This document shows positions 38,320 to 50,170 of a stretch of 64,000 bases of DNA, piece by piece; positions within the stretch are counted from its first letter, which is position 1; each line of letters begins with the position of its first letter. Under the pieces are notes generated by a model, which saw only the letters and a program-made list of their open reading frames with translations, did not search any database and was not told where the DNA came from. This DNA is from Takakia lepidozioides (lineage: Eukaryota; Plantae; Bryophyta). The stretch covers positions 69,812,001 to 69,876,000 of the forward strand of contig CM060731.1 of NCBI GenBank assembly GCA_030704615.1, in the 5' to 3' direction. The translations under genes were made by a program, and so were the position numbers.

Positions 38320-41113
38320 ATGGGTTCCTGGTCAGGTGTGTCGCCTGGCCAACTGGCTCCCTTTGTGCACATCTTGGGACTGGCGGCCATAATTTGCATG
38401 GTGGTGTGGACCGTCTACTATCGCGGTGGATTCGCCTTGACTGGAAGTGCTGTCTTCAATGTACGTGGTTCGATTCAACCCCAGTGTTTTGTTAGCTTTC
38501 CATTGCTTCTCAATTCGGTTGTTTGTAAGCTGTCATAGAGCTGGGAGGTAGTGCGAGGGTCTGTGACCCTGTTGTAGATTATTTGGAAGAATCTCCTGGA
38601 ATTGAAGGGTCTTTTGATACTGGTACTCGATGATGATTGTTGGTGGTAAAATGGTATGTCTGGTTCTACTTAAGGAGTAAGAAATTTCATGTGCTCGTAG
38701 CTGGCTGGCTGTGACATTGCATATGTTATCCGTATGCCTCGCTGGATGGCGAGGTCTTCCTGTGGTTTTTTCTCTAGTTAAGTCACAAATTGCACAGACT
38801 GGCCATGTCGGCCCGGTTGGGCTACAGCTGAATTGCTTAGGGGGGATTTTTAGTTCTTAGGATGGCTAATATGTGGTTATCAAAGAATGTCTTTGCTGGA
38901 TGGCTCATATGTGGTTCATGCGAGTATGGAATGGAATTCATGCCTGGCCTTTTGTATTTTAGGTTAGTAGAGATCAGCCAGGGACTCCTTAGCGGCTGGA
39001 GAATGCCTTACGGTAAAAACCTGGCAACTGACGCTAACAGAAGATGATCACTAGCATTCAACTGGTGATGGGAATGAAAGCCAGATTGCTCTCCCTGTGC
39101 ACTGTAGTGAAGATTGGGAAACTGTTCACAGAGTTGTTATTTCTCCATTTGTTTGCAATAGCTGTCTAGTTATTGAATTCCTCAACTCTAGTGGTGAAAT
39201 GTCTGCTTAAGTTTGAGCTGATTGGTGCTTTGTAGTGTCGCAGATTCATCCAGTTCTAATGCTTGGAGGTTTCATCTTCATCTCTGGTGAAGGTAGGCTA
39301 CCCTTTCTGATCTCATAGCATGCTGATGAAGTCATGTTGAGTTGAGGATCAAGAGATACTTCTTTTCAGTCACAACATAGTTATGCTATCCTGCAGAGTG
39401 CAAGATCAGCTGACGACATTCTGACCTTCAGGGCTATGTTTGTTTTCATGCACAATGGAAATACTGTAGCTGATGTCAGTCACTTTTGCTATGTGCAGCT
39501 ATTTTAGCATTTAAGGTGTGTGGCGGGACCAAACAATTCAAGAAAGCAGTACACTTGTATCTTCAAGGGCTGGCTATTTTGTTGGCCGTGATTGGCATCC
39601 TGGCAGCTCTAAAGTTCCACAATGATAACAACATTCCCAATTTCTACAGCTTGCACTCGTGGCTTGGCATTTTGACTGTACTTCTCTACTTTTTCCAGGT
39701 GACCCATGTCTTTCCTCTCCCCAACTATTAAAGCATTCCTCTGTTGAACTTGCTGTTCATTGCTAATGGTACTTCCATATTACTGTGGCACTTCGCAAAG
39801 TGATGGACAGTAAGGGATATGAGTATTACGGTAGGAGCTTCGGGGGCATATTATGCCAATTTTGAGGAGAATTATCTGGCAGAATTTTAGGGGCCAAGAG
39901 CTTCCTGCCACTGCTGAATCGGCAGTGGCTGCGAGGGAATGCAAAGGAACTCTGGGGATCCTCAGTTCTTAATGCCAGGGAACAGGCCACACGCGGTCCT
40001 TTTGCGGGGGTGCGGTACTGACATTTCCTTGTTGGCTTACCCTAACGGGCTTGACCAAAATAGCTCTGCCAGCACCTTTAGGGCGTGGCCCGTTCTCTAG
40101 TACATTACCGCCATTCAAATTTATATTACTGGGGCACATTCTGGCTTGTGCTGCCGGTACTAGTCTATTACTTCCCCTCATCTAAACATGAAATTTGTGT
40201 TTGCCACCAGCTAGAGGGACATGATGCCGCTTGGCTCTGAGAGAACTACGGAAGTTTGATATTGGACTATTAAGGTTTATATCCTATGGGGTCAATGGGG
40301 ACAAGACTGCAGAATCTGTGTAACCAAATAGCATTACACTTCGAAGCCCATTGGTCATTCCAACAGCTCCGGTTGCTTCACTGGGGTTAAATTATGCGTT
40401 TCAGGACCGAACAAGTCCTACAGCTTGGTCTTTTACTTGAGCTGTTATAACCACCACCCATGGTTGGTCACTTTAAATCATAAATTTCCAGAGTCCATAC
40501 TCAAAACATGGATCCAGGGTAATCAGGCCTCTGGGTCTGAGACACACTAAACTAAATATCATACCTGGAAAGGGGACGTCATTGATTACGGCAGCCCCAT
40601 ACTGAGATTATCACCAAACCAGGAGGAATTGAAATCCCTACATGTCAATAGGTGCATGGCTATGCCACTTTGAGAAGGGAAACCGTTACATTACAGTCTT
40701 CACCATATTGTCACATAAGTGTTTCTTTGAGCTCTATACTTGCAGAGAATGGGAGCTATCAGGTTGCAGATATACTGGATTTTGTGAACTGAATCTGTTG
40801 GGAGTTTTGTGTGCAGTGGGTGCTTGGGTTCATCACATTCTGGTATCCAGGCCTTGCGCATCCAACACGGAGAGAGCTGGTTCCATGGCACATTTTTTGT
40901 GGACTCGCAATGTACGTGTTAGCCCTAGTCAGTGTTGAGCTTGGGTTACTTGAGAAGCTTACATTTCTCCAAAAGGCAGGGGTTGGGATATGGTCAGATG
41001 AGGCTATGTTTGTAAACTATATTGGCCTTATGATTTTCGTCTTTGGGGTGGTTGTAATGTTGACGGCAATCATCCCCAACCCCAAGAAACAGGGAACTTC
41101 CAGAGCACTATAG
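38320..41113 (+). CDS. CYB561: Cytochrome b561 / transmembrane ascorbate ferrireductase, 4 exons
   Basis: YRGGFAL..VFN | IHPVLML...GE | AILAFK...KAVHLYLQ, KFHND, FYSLHSWLG | WVLGFITFWYPG, PWHIFCG, GLLEKLTFLQ. An upstream in-frame ATG at 38236 is possible. Confidence 0.92.
39830..40642. mobile_element. Insertion in cyt b561 intron 3, possibly a solo LTR
   Basis: Bounded by GTAGG...CCTACA inverted ends; rich in internal stems; no clear target-site duplication. Confidence 0.35.
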
Positions 41114-42329
41114 CATACAAAATAGTCCACCATACGCTCTCAAGTGCTGATTTAAAGTCTGGAGAACTGAGAGATTGAAATCTAGTCCAGGAGCATTGCA
41201 CTCGGAGCCAATGTAGCCAGATGATTTTGTAAAGGGATCATACACGCAGTCTTCCAGGACCAGCACTAAAATGTGCATATAGATGTGAAGCATCTTGACA
41301 GACGTTTGTTTTTGGCTGGAGAGGGAATCTCGAGCCACGCAGTTCAGGAGTTGAATACTTGGAAGGACTTCCTGCCAGATATTGAAGGAACATGACCATA
41401 GTGTGGGGACTGGTGACATGACGCCCATTGTTGGGCCATGCTGTCTATGATGGCATTGAATGTGGATTTGTCCTGAAAAGAGTAGATTTGTGACAACAAA
41501 TTTCCCTACTCTAGCACACTGATTTGTTGTGATGAGACATGTCCATCTACTCTGACTGATGGACACTAGTGGTGGTTAGTTAAGAGCCACATTAGGATAT
41601 TCTTTTAGATCTGCAGGCTGGGCAAGAGAACAAGAAGACCTCCCTCTGAAGCTGCCAGTCCTCAGATACCCTTTGCTACTGACAAGTGTGGCACCGCCTC
41701 ACAACAAAACAATTTGTGCAGATGCTTGCTGTGGCAGAAGGCAACCTTTTCTTTTGCATACGATAAAGAATGACCCAGAGAGATGATTCAAGTAAATTGA
41801 AGAGATGAAATAATGTGACATTTAACAACAGATATTGACTGCTGGCCATGCTTTACCCAATATGTACATGCATACTTAAATGAAATGAAGTTGAGAATGG
41901 TCTACTAAAAGATGTACCTTAGCAAGGCTTCAACTTTGATTGTGGACCACCTCCTATGTTGCTTTGCTCTGAAATGTTTGTGACCAGAGGCCCTAGAGGG
42001 TCATATGGGGACATCTTGTGCATCATCACCAAACATGTATGTGGCCTATTTCGGAGGTATTCCACACATTTGCTGAATATTGTCACCATAATGACATCTC
42101 AAACTTGTAAAAGAGTGCCAAACATTCAACCTTGATCTGGGGTTTCGACGATTCAGAGCATCCTGGCAGATTTGACATAATCTATCTGGTCCGCATGCAC
42201 GGAATTCATTGTCTAGCTATAGGGAGTAAGAAGAAATACGAAGAGGCTACAGATGAAGCCATAATAATGCATTTCTTCATGTTCTCTTTCCTCCTGCATT
42301 CTTTGGAACAGGTCACAGTTCACACTCCA

Positions 42330-42840
42330 CTGATGAAAATGACCAATCGCCACTCACGCTTGCAGCTGAGTGCAGGATAAGAATTTTCCCAAAGGCCTTG
42401 AGTGCAAGAGCACTCAGGAAGAGGGGAGGAGAAGACCCTTTCGCCACGTCGAGGAGCTGAATTAGCAGGTCCCCTCGTTCCATTTCTGCCCCCTACCAAA
42501 CAGAGGATGCATATTAAGTGTAACTGTAGAAGGATTTTCCTGCAACAAATCGACTCGTCATTGCACTAGCAAATGTGTGTGTGTGACACAGAGGAGACAG
42601 AGAGACACGACAGAATCAGTGAAGGAAAAACAGACATTTGGTATATATTTTGCTAAGCCTCCCACAAAACTCTTTGGAAGGGAAGACTATGAAGTTGGCC
42701 AACACCTCCAGGAAAAAATCAAAAGCACCCTCCGAATCTGCAGATTGGTTCATCCCCATCACCAACTATAACAAAGCAAATCCATTCTCACTACTTCATA
42801 TGAGAAATCCCCGGCCAGTACACCTCTGCATCCTCCTTCC
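42330..42840. repeat. Dispersed repeat, copy 2 (homologous to 432-960)
   Basis: Same orientation and colinear blocks as copy 1. Confidence 0.85.
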
Positions 42841-43152
42841 ACGGCATATACCCATGGTTACACCCAAGAAAACTACCATTCAAAATCATGAGTTGAAGTC
42901 CTTTCTGCAACAAAACATAACGGACACTCTCAGATCACAAGAAACCCAAAATTTCTGTGATGATCTTGTATTAAAGAGAAGGGCATCACCTGTGGGGAGA
43001 AAGGGAATGACAAACTAAAATATCAAAACTAATCCAAGATATGCAGCTTAAAGGCGAGGACGTAGTAACCATGAGGGAGCCAGAAAGGAACATAAAGGTA
43101 TGTCTAAGTAACCAACACTCCAAGGTACACACCCGGTGGTGGGCATGGACCT

Positions 43153-45145
43153 TCATCTGGAGGCTGCAGCTGCTTGGGCCCTGTGTGTGTCCTTTTGAGC
43201 TGGTCCTGCTGCACCCTTGATCGGTTTCTCTCGCTCAGGCTTCGGCTTGCTGCCGCACAGCAAGCGAATTGGTGTGCCTGGATATCCAACATTCATTCGC
43301 AGCTGTTTTTCCATGTAGCGCCTGTAGATTTCGGGGAAAAGCTTTGCATCATTCACAAAAAAGACAAATGTAGGTGGCCGAATCCCTGCCTGTGTGCAGT
43401 AGTAGATACGTCCTTTTTGCCCCTCGGCTGTTGGTGGTTGTTTCAATGCCACAGCATCTTGGATCACTTGATTCAAAGTGGCAGTGCTTAACCTTCTACA
43501 CCTCTCCTCTCCGGCATCAACTGCTACATCGAGTATCTTCTGAATTCTCTGGCCACTGCTGGCAGAGGTGTACACTATGGGGGCCCAGTCAATATTCCGC
43601 AGCCTTTCCCTAACATCACGCTCATACCAGACAGTAGTCGTGGAATTCTTGTCCGGCACTGTGTCCCATTTGTTCACCACAATCACCCATGCCTTCCCCT
43701 CCCTCTCTATCCTTTCCGCTAACCTGAAATCTTGCTCAGTCACGCAATCCATTGCATCGATCACAAGGGCAATGACGTCAGACCTACGAATGGCCCTGAA
43801 GGCACGGTTTACAGAGAGTGACTCTGTTCGACTGCCTGCTGCTGCAACAGCTGCCCGTCGCCGGATGCCAGCCGTGTCGATCAGCTTGTAAGTTTGCCCA
43901 TTGGAACCTGTGAAGTCAGTGTCGATGGCATCACGGGTCGTGCCGCTCACAGGGCTCACTATGGTGCGCTCCTGGCCTACCAGTGCATTGAGAATGCTGC
44001 TCTTGCCCACGTTGGGTTTACCAACTATCGATATTGCCATTGGCCTGTCCTCTGCTTCTGAATCGTCTGCCTCGGGCGTCCTCAGCTCCGCGCAAACAGA
44101 ATCCGCAAATCCCTGTTTCCACTCCCAGAAATTGCTGACACTGCCATCGGGGTGAACCCCAGGGTCCAGAATTCGGCCGCCTGGAGCAGGCCCTTTTTGG
44201 GCGATTCGCATTTGTTGACTGCAAGTGTTATTTTCTTGTTGGAATGCCTCCTTCGTAGCCAGTCTGCAATGTCGATGTCTGCACCGTCAAGCTGCCCTGC
44301 CCCTCAAACACAAAGATAATGGAATCAGCGCTTTCAACCGCGGCCGCTGCCTGGCGCTCGATCATGGCAGGAAGCCCAGCCGCAGATGCTTCCTTCACTG
44401 CGTGCGCCACAGCCTCAATGCCCCCTCCACTTGTGATGGCCACTGCATCTGTGCCCACGCCTGGGATTGTGAGGACCCCGCCTGTGTCAACCACCATGAA
44501 CTCATGGGTGCTCCAAAAAGCTCGAGTGTAGAGCCTATCCCGGGTCACACCAGCTTGGTCGTTCACGATGGCCACATCTCCACCTGCAATGCGGTTAAAC
44601 AGAGCAGAATTGCCCACATTTGGTCTTCCAACAATGGCCACTGTGGGAAGTAGGTGGTCTGGAATCTGTGGCTCGGGCTCGCGTGGTCCCCTCCGCTTCT
44701 TCTTACGGCCCCCAGCGGCCTCCTCTTCCTCATCCTCTTGACGCATCTCCTCAAACAAAGTGCGAGTGTATTCCTGAACCACACTTGTTGCCTCCCTTTC
44801 ATAAACCTCCTCTGAGAGAGGTCCCTCGTTCTCATCCTCCTCGTCAATCTGCTCATCATCACTCTCCGCCATACCCACCCCCAGTGCCAATTCCTCCATC
44901 CGAGAAACGCGAACCTCTCTCTTCCAAACGGATCCAGCTCGGCCGTAGCACCCTTCCTTGTCCCTTACAAGACGCAACCCCTTCCATTTGAGAGCTTCTT
45001 TCTCAGTTTTCGAAAGGCGACAGGTCCAAAGAGATAGATGTGAGAACGAGACATGGGCAGAGAGAGAGGTGGATGGAGCTGAGCTACAGGAGCAAGGGCT
45101 GGCCACAGCCGTTGTGGATAACCCCCTCATAACCCCCACCACCAT
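43153..45145 (-). CDS. Der: Plastid GTPase Der/EngA (double Era-like), intronless; frameshifted as given (sequencing error or processed pseudogene)
   Basis: Transit peptide; GD1 [30 protein letters not shown] (shifted frame); GD2 [25 protein letters not shown]; C-terminal [16 protein letters not shown]. Indels near 44285 and 44110. Confidence 0.85.
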
Positions 45146-45957
45146 CACTCTCTGCGCTCTTCGTAGCTAACCCACAAACCCACCACGATGCTCAACAGCA
45201 CCCCACACCTTTTCGCGTAAATTCTTCCTCTTTCCAGTGCCCCAGATCTTTGCATCTCTCAGTCGTCTGCACCACAATTTTAGAAATGGAGCAGAATCAA
45301 AGGCAACAACAACTGAACTGTGGGGGCCTGTGTGGAACGAGGTGTACGGGAAGAGTGATAACTTAGTTTTCAACGCTCTTTGTGCAATTGTTGTTTCCCT
45401 CAGTTGCTTGTTTCATGGGTGCAGATACTACGAATAAATATGTTCAAGTTATGATTGTCCATTATAGTTGCATTGTTCTATTTAACATACACTTGCATGT
45501 ACAGTAGTGCCTTTGGAACACACCAGTTAAACATAGAACTCCTTTATTGCCAAGGAGCTCATATAGTGGGTACAGCTTGTGGTATATCTGTCCTATAACA
45601 TTTTGCTCAACAACACTTGCACAAATGACATACATCAAGCACCAGCTTCTAAGTATATTTCTCATGCTGACAGTCCGGAATGCGTCAACACAGTCCTCAA
45701 AAAGAATTGGGTCTGTTTAAAGGCACACACCCTTCAGAAATTGCAGTTTTGCCTACACCTTGCTCGCCAATAAGCACTGGATTATTCTTTGTTGGCTCTC
45801 TTGTAGAGAGAGACTACACATCACGTTCAAGTCAACAAGCGAAATGTGGTCAAAGGACCTTACACCGTGTCAAGGCACCGATTGGTGTGTTGTGCTGAGT
45901 CATGCTTGGTACTCTTACCTTCCTCTTATTTTTTGCAGCAATAGGCTGTTTGAGGCT

Positions 45958-46060
45958 TGTTCTTCTTGACAAGATTTAGTACGTCGAATTTCATCATCAC
46001 GGCCTATAACTGGATCTAGTTCATCTCTGTCAGATCTTTGCCATACTTTTCCAGTGCCCT
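45958..46060 (-). pseudogene. ClpB: Isolated ClpB/Hsp100 gene fragment (start of NBD1)
   Basis: Across shifted frames reads ALEKYGKDLTEM..LDPVIGRDDEIRR..ILSRRT, the ClpB signature, with internal deletions. Confidence 0.8.
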
Positions 46061-46194
46061 CTGGATCTGAGCTGGCCATCCCACACCACCCAAAAAAACT
46101 ATATTGACACATAAGCTATGGCCAAGCATGCTTCTCTCACTCTCTCTTTCTGGCCCTGGCTATGGCAAACATGAGTACATTCTCTCTGTGGCCC

Positions 46195-46610
46195 TGTTGG
46201 CGTCTGATTGCTGGGCGGCTCACACGCAGCAGATTGATGCTTTCGTGAAGGGCTTGTTAGAGGATATCTGAAAAGCCCATACTGATTGCTTATACCAATG
46301 TCACGGAGTGACTCACAAAGATAGTGTCTGTTCCCTTTGTTCTTTCAAACTGGACGCAGGGTCTATGGCCACAGGGCTGGAAAAGCACAAGTGTCTCTCT
46401 AGATAAGAATGGTGCTGTCATACCAAGACTACTAAAACAGATCCCATCAGTACTCTTTACTTCAAGTGCCTTTGGGCTGGAAAAGCACTGGGCTGGGTGA
46501 CCTACCCAAAAGTCCCCATGCTCCACCCACTGTTTAGAGTGCTACTCAAACTAGGTGCAGGTCTAAAGGCCGCAAGGCTACGGCAATCAACCTCTCATGA
46601 GTACTTTCTC
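46195..46610 (+). mobile_element. Degenerate LINE 3'-end fragments (two termini)
   Basis: cacacgcagcagattgatgct...agaggatatctg and tctgttccctttgtt...atggccacag, plus caaggctacggcaa...catgagtactttctctc, match the 3' end of the 57-59.9 kb LINE. Confidence 0.8.
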
Positions 46611-47029
46611 TCAAACAAGAGTTCTTGCTAGGCTATACAGGAGTGAATAGAACGCATATAGAACACAATTTGATAGAAGTAGCATAAGGGATATAGAATA
46701 CCCTGGTCGGTGACCTTCTGGGAGCCTCGAATGGCTTCAATGGCAGGCATTCAAACTTTTGGCTGACAACTGGAACTCCTTGAAAACTTTGTGGCACGGG
46801 CCCTGTTATTATTAAGGCCTCCAATCAGACCCGACATAGGATCCACTGTATCACTGTTAACTGGGGAACATCAGGACTTCATGTCATAAAATAACTGATA
46901 GTTACCAAATTGTTCCAAATGGAAGCACAAGACCAACTTACCGAGACCTCTCAGCAAGTCTACCAAAGCTTTAACCTCACTGTTCCTGTCTTCTTCCATA
47001 TATATAAGTTTTGCCAAACTTGAGATCAT

Positions 47030-47340
47030 ACCAGATTAACCAGGAATCAATACCTAGATATTGCATACCTCCCTTAGGCTCTCAAATTGACAATAAGGGT
47101 CAGAGGTGGGGTAGTCAGAAGTTAGGCACAAAAACTTCCCTGAAACTTGTTTCTAGTCTGTTGACATGGGCGAGGACCCTTAATGCGATCTCAAGGGCCT
47201 ACCTACCTACAGCACTAGACTGAAATTTAAAATCAGGTGGAAAAGCCGAAGCTACCTTGAACAATGAACAGATGGCAGAGATCAGGAAGAGGAGATTGGC
47301 AATTGCCCCGATGTGCGGTCGCACGACCGGACTGAAAACA
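47030..47340 (+). mobile_element. Degenerate internal LINE fragment (ORF2 C-terminal region)
   Basis: gaagttaggca..aaaacttccctgaa...gacatgggcgaggac...ctcaaggg...gcactagactgaaatttaaa matches the reverse complement of about 57540-57660. Confidence 0.8.
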
Positions 47341-47344
47341 ATAT

Positions 47345-47860
47345 CCATTTTCTGATATTTGCTCATAGGTCTCCAAAGCTTTCATCCCGCGCCCCTGCTG
47401 CGCATACCCTGCAAGCATCACGTTCCACGACACCACATCTCGGTCAGCATAGTGTTGAACACTCCTTTCGTCATCCCCAATGACTCCCACATTTGGCCTA
47501 CATATGTCCACCAGAGCAGTTTTTTTGTTCAGGTGGCATCTGGTACAATTGCAGATTTGATGATGTCACCATGGATCTTTTGCCTTTTTCCAGGCTGCAG
47601 CCGGGCGCACACACGCATTGCAAACGCACAAAAACATTATATTATGGTCGGGCTTCACCCCTTCCCCCATCATGCTCATAGGTCTCCAAAGCCTCCATCC
47701 CACCCCTGCTGTGCATACCTGCCAAGCATTTGCACTCCACGACACCCCATCTCGTTCAGCCATAGCGTTGAAAACACTCCCTCTTTGCATCCTCGATGCA
47801 CCCACATTTGGCATACATAGTCCACCAGCGGCAGTGTTCAGAATGACATCTGGTAATCTG
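47345..47860 (-). pseudogene. PLS-class PPR gene fragment
   Basis: VFNAMAERDGVSW, GVKP, RDVVSWNVMLAGYAQQGRGMKALETYEQ; many frameshifts; fused to a LINE fragment. Confidence 0.8.
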
Positions 47861-47865
47861 ACGAG

Positions 47866-49192
47866 GCATTACCTTTTTGCCTCGGTATGTCCCACCATTG
47901 ACTGTGGTCAGAAAAAGTATTCATTCCCACAGCTTCTCCTCGTCTCTGTTACCTTGTGTTCTGGATACTTTCTGTTGGTAAAATTGGCAGAGTATCAAGT
48001 CAAAAGTCACTCCAAATATCAAAGATTCACTAAACCAGCTAACTGCAGAATTCAACATGAAAATTTAGGGGCCGATTCTGATACGAGGGAAAAACAGGGT
48101 GAAATGTGTTGAAGAAGGTGCCTTTCATTAGCAGTGCCCTGATTATCAATGGTGCCACTGCTGCTGGCGGCTTCCAGTTGACCATCTCCGATGCAAGTTT
48201 TCTTGTAGCTATCCTTCCACAGGGAATCATATGTAATCTGGAGCTTGAAATCCGGCCCTCTTAGATGAATCTGGACCCACACTCTATCCCTGTCTCCTTT
48301 CAGCTATCCATGCTCTGCCACAAATCATGCATACATCCTACCCTTGCTGCTAGCAAGCTGACAATGACAGCCTAGAATTGTTCCAGCAAAACACCCCAAC
48401 CCTACGTATCACACTAGTTCCTATGCTGACTTGCGTCTGCTTCCAACAGGCATTCACCTTTTTGCCTTGATTGTTCCAGCATTGACTGGGGTCGGAAACG
48501 TATTCAATCCAGAGCTTCTCCTCGTCTCTGTTATCTGTTTTTTGATTTTGATCCTATCCGTTTGGACCCACATTGGCAGTAACATGTCAAAATCACTCCA
48601 AAACCAACCATAGATCCACCAACGAGCTAACTCGCAGAATTCAACATGAAAACTTAGGGACGACTCTGATAACATAAAAACAGGATGAAATGTGTTGAAG
48701 AAGGTGCCTTATTTGCAGTTGCCTGGTTCTATCAATTGTGCCGCTGCCGCTGCTGTTTCCAGTGAACATCTTACCCACGCAGATTTCTTGTAGCTATTGA
48801 TCCACAGGGAAATCAGAAGTAATCTTGACATCTATCCCTGGTCCTTCAGCTTTCCCTCAAATCATGAATACATCCTCAGCCTTGCTGCTAGCAGCTGCCA
48901 CTGACGGCGTGAAGTTCTTCCAACAGACACCCCAACCCTACTTATTGCAGTAGTTCCAATTCTGAATGCATCTGCTTCTGTCTGTAGTAAAGACATGCAT
49001 TCACCTTTTGTCTCCATTTGTCACCACCATTGACTGGATCGGAAAAGGATTCATTCCAAAGCTTCTCCTCATTCTCTGTTATCTGTTTTTTGGATACTTA
49101 ATGCTGCGCCACATCGGACAGTAACTTGTCAAAGTCACTCCACAACCCACCACAGATCACCCCACTGGAGCTAACTACAGAATTCAATATGC
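47866..49192. repeat. Degenerate tandem repeat, about 550-585-bp unit, about 2.4 copies, with exon/intron-like structure on the - strand
   Basis: Anchors cat(t)-acctttt...cattgactg at about 47866, 48451 and 48998; shared agcttctcctc-tctctgtta, agctaact-cagaattcaa and tgaaatgtgttgaagaaggtgcct blocks. Confidence 0.85.
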
Positions 49193-49659
49193 ATTCCTCA
49201 GGAGCGATGATATGATGAGAGAAAAACAGGCTGAAATAGGTCGAGAGAGAGAAAGGTTGGCCCCACCACAGTGTGCCCTTGACCTTGTGTCATGACCCAT
49301 GGAGGATTTGACCGACCCTCACAACCCAAAGGACCTCCAGTGTGGCGCACGAGCAAGTCTGTAGTCAGTAATGTCGGATTGGTCTTGAGACCCACCACGG
49401 TGCAGCTGTAGGCATGCAGAGATTGAAACACGGCCTGCTAAGACCAGAGACTCTCCCAAGAACCTTGTAAACATCAGGAAGAATACCCAATCCATTGGAT
49501 ATGTGTAACAAGAAGCCAAGAGATACACATTGCAGGATGGACAAACTTCTGCACATCGTGCATTAAGAAAAAGCCACACCTTGCGAGTCGATTGTCCCAC
49601 CATCGTGCAAATTCCAGGCCTCGTGCGGTGTACGTACTCATAATCTCCCTCCTCAAGCA

Positions 49660-50170
49660 CGCGGGACGTCATCATCCCTTCCCCGCGTATGATGACGTGG
49701 CGAAAAACGTGGCACTATGGCACCCCACTCCTGCTCGACGCTAAACTAGTCTCCGACGACTCCCGATTATTTTCGGGCAGTTCGGGCAAGTTCCAAAGCA
49801 ATTGACGACGACGATGACATGGCTATGATGACGTGGTGGAGATGGCGTGGCACTATGGGCCAGGGCTTTTTACTAGGTTCAGCCTCAAGATTCTAAAAGT
49901 GGGTGAACAAAATGTACAGTACCGTACTTGGTGTTCCTGTTTTCCGGCCTTTCGGGCAGGTTCCAAAGAAATTGCCGACGACGATGACGTGGTGGAGATG
50001 GCGTGGCACTATGGGCACCCTCACATCTTTGACAACTCCCAGTTATTTCGGGCATTTCGGGCAGGTTCCAAAGAAATTGACGACGATGATGTGGCTTGAA
50101 TGATGTGTTGCAATGACGTGGTATGATGGCACCCCCCTTCCTGCTCTACGCTAAACTAGTCTCCGACCTT
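49660..50170. repeat. GC-rich minisatellite-like array with many ACGTGG (G-box/ABRE core) motifs
   Basis: Recurrent ttcgggca-gttccaaag-aattg-cgacga-gatga (3x), gtggcactatgg (3x), acgctaaactagtctccgac (2x). Confidence 0.85.

Noticed and set aside
39830-40642. Hammerhead retrozyme or self-splicing intron
   Set aside because: No CUGANGA...GAAA core and no group II domain V motif seen on either strand.
49255-49470. Possible second tRNA-derived SINE on the - strand
   Set aside because: Only a weak B-box-like GTTTCAATC; no convincing A box or target-site duplication.
49660-50170. CRISPR-like repeat-spacer appearance
   Set aside because: Repeats are degenerate, the intervening segments are themselves repeated, there are no cas genes, and the context is plant nuclear DNA.
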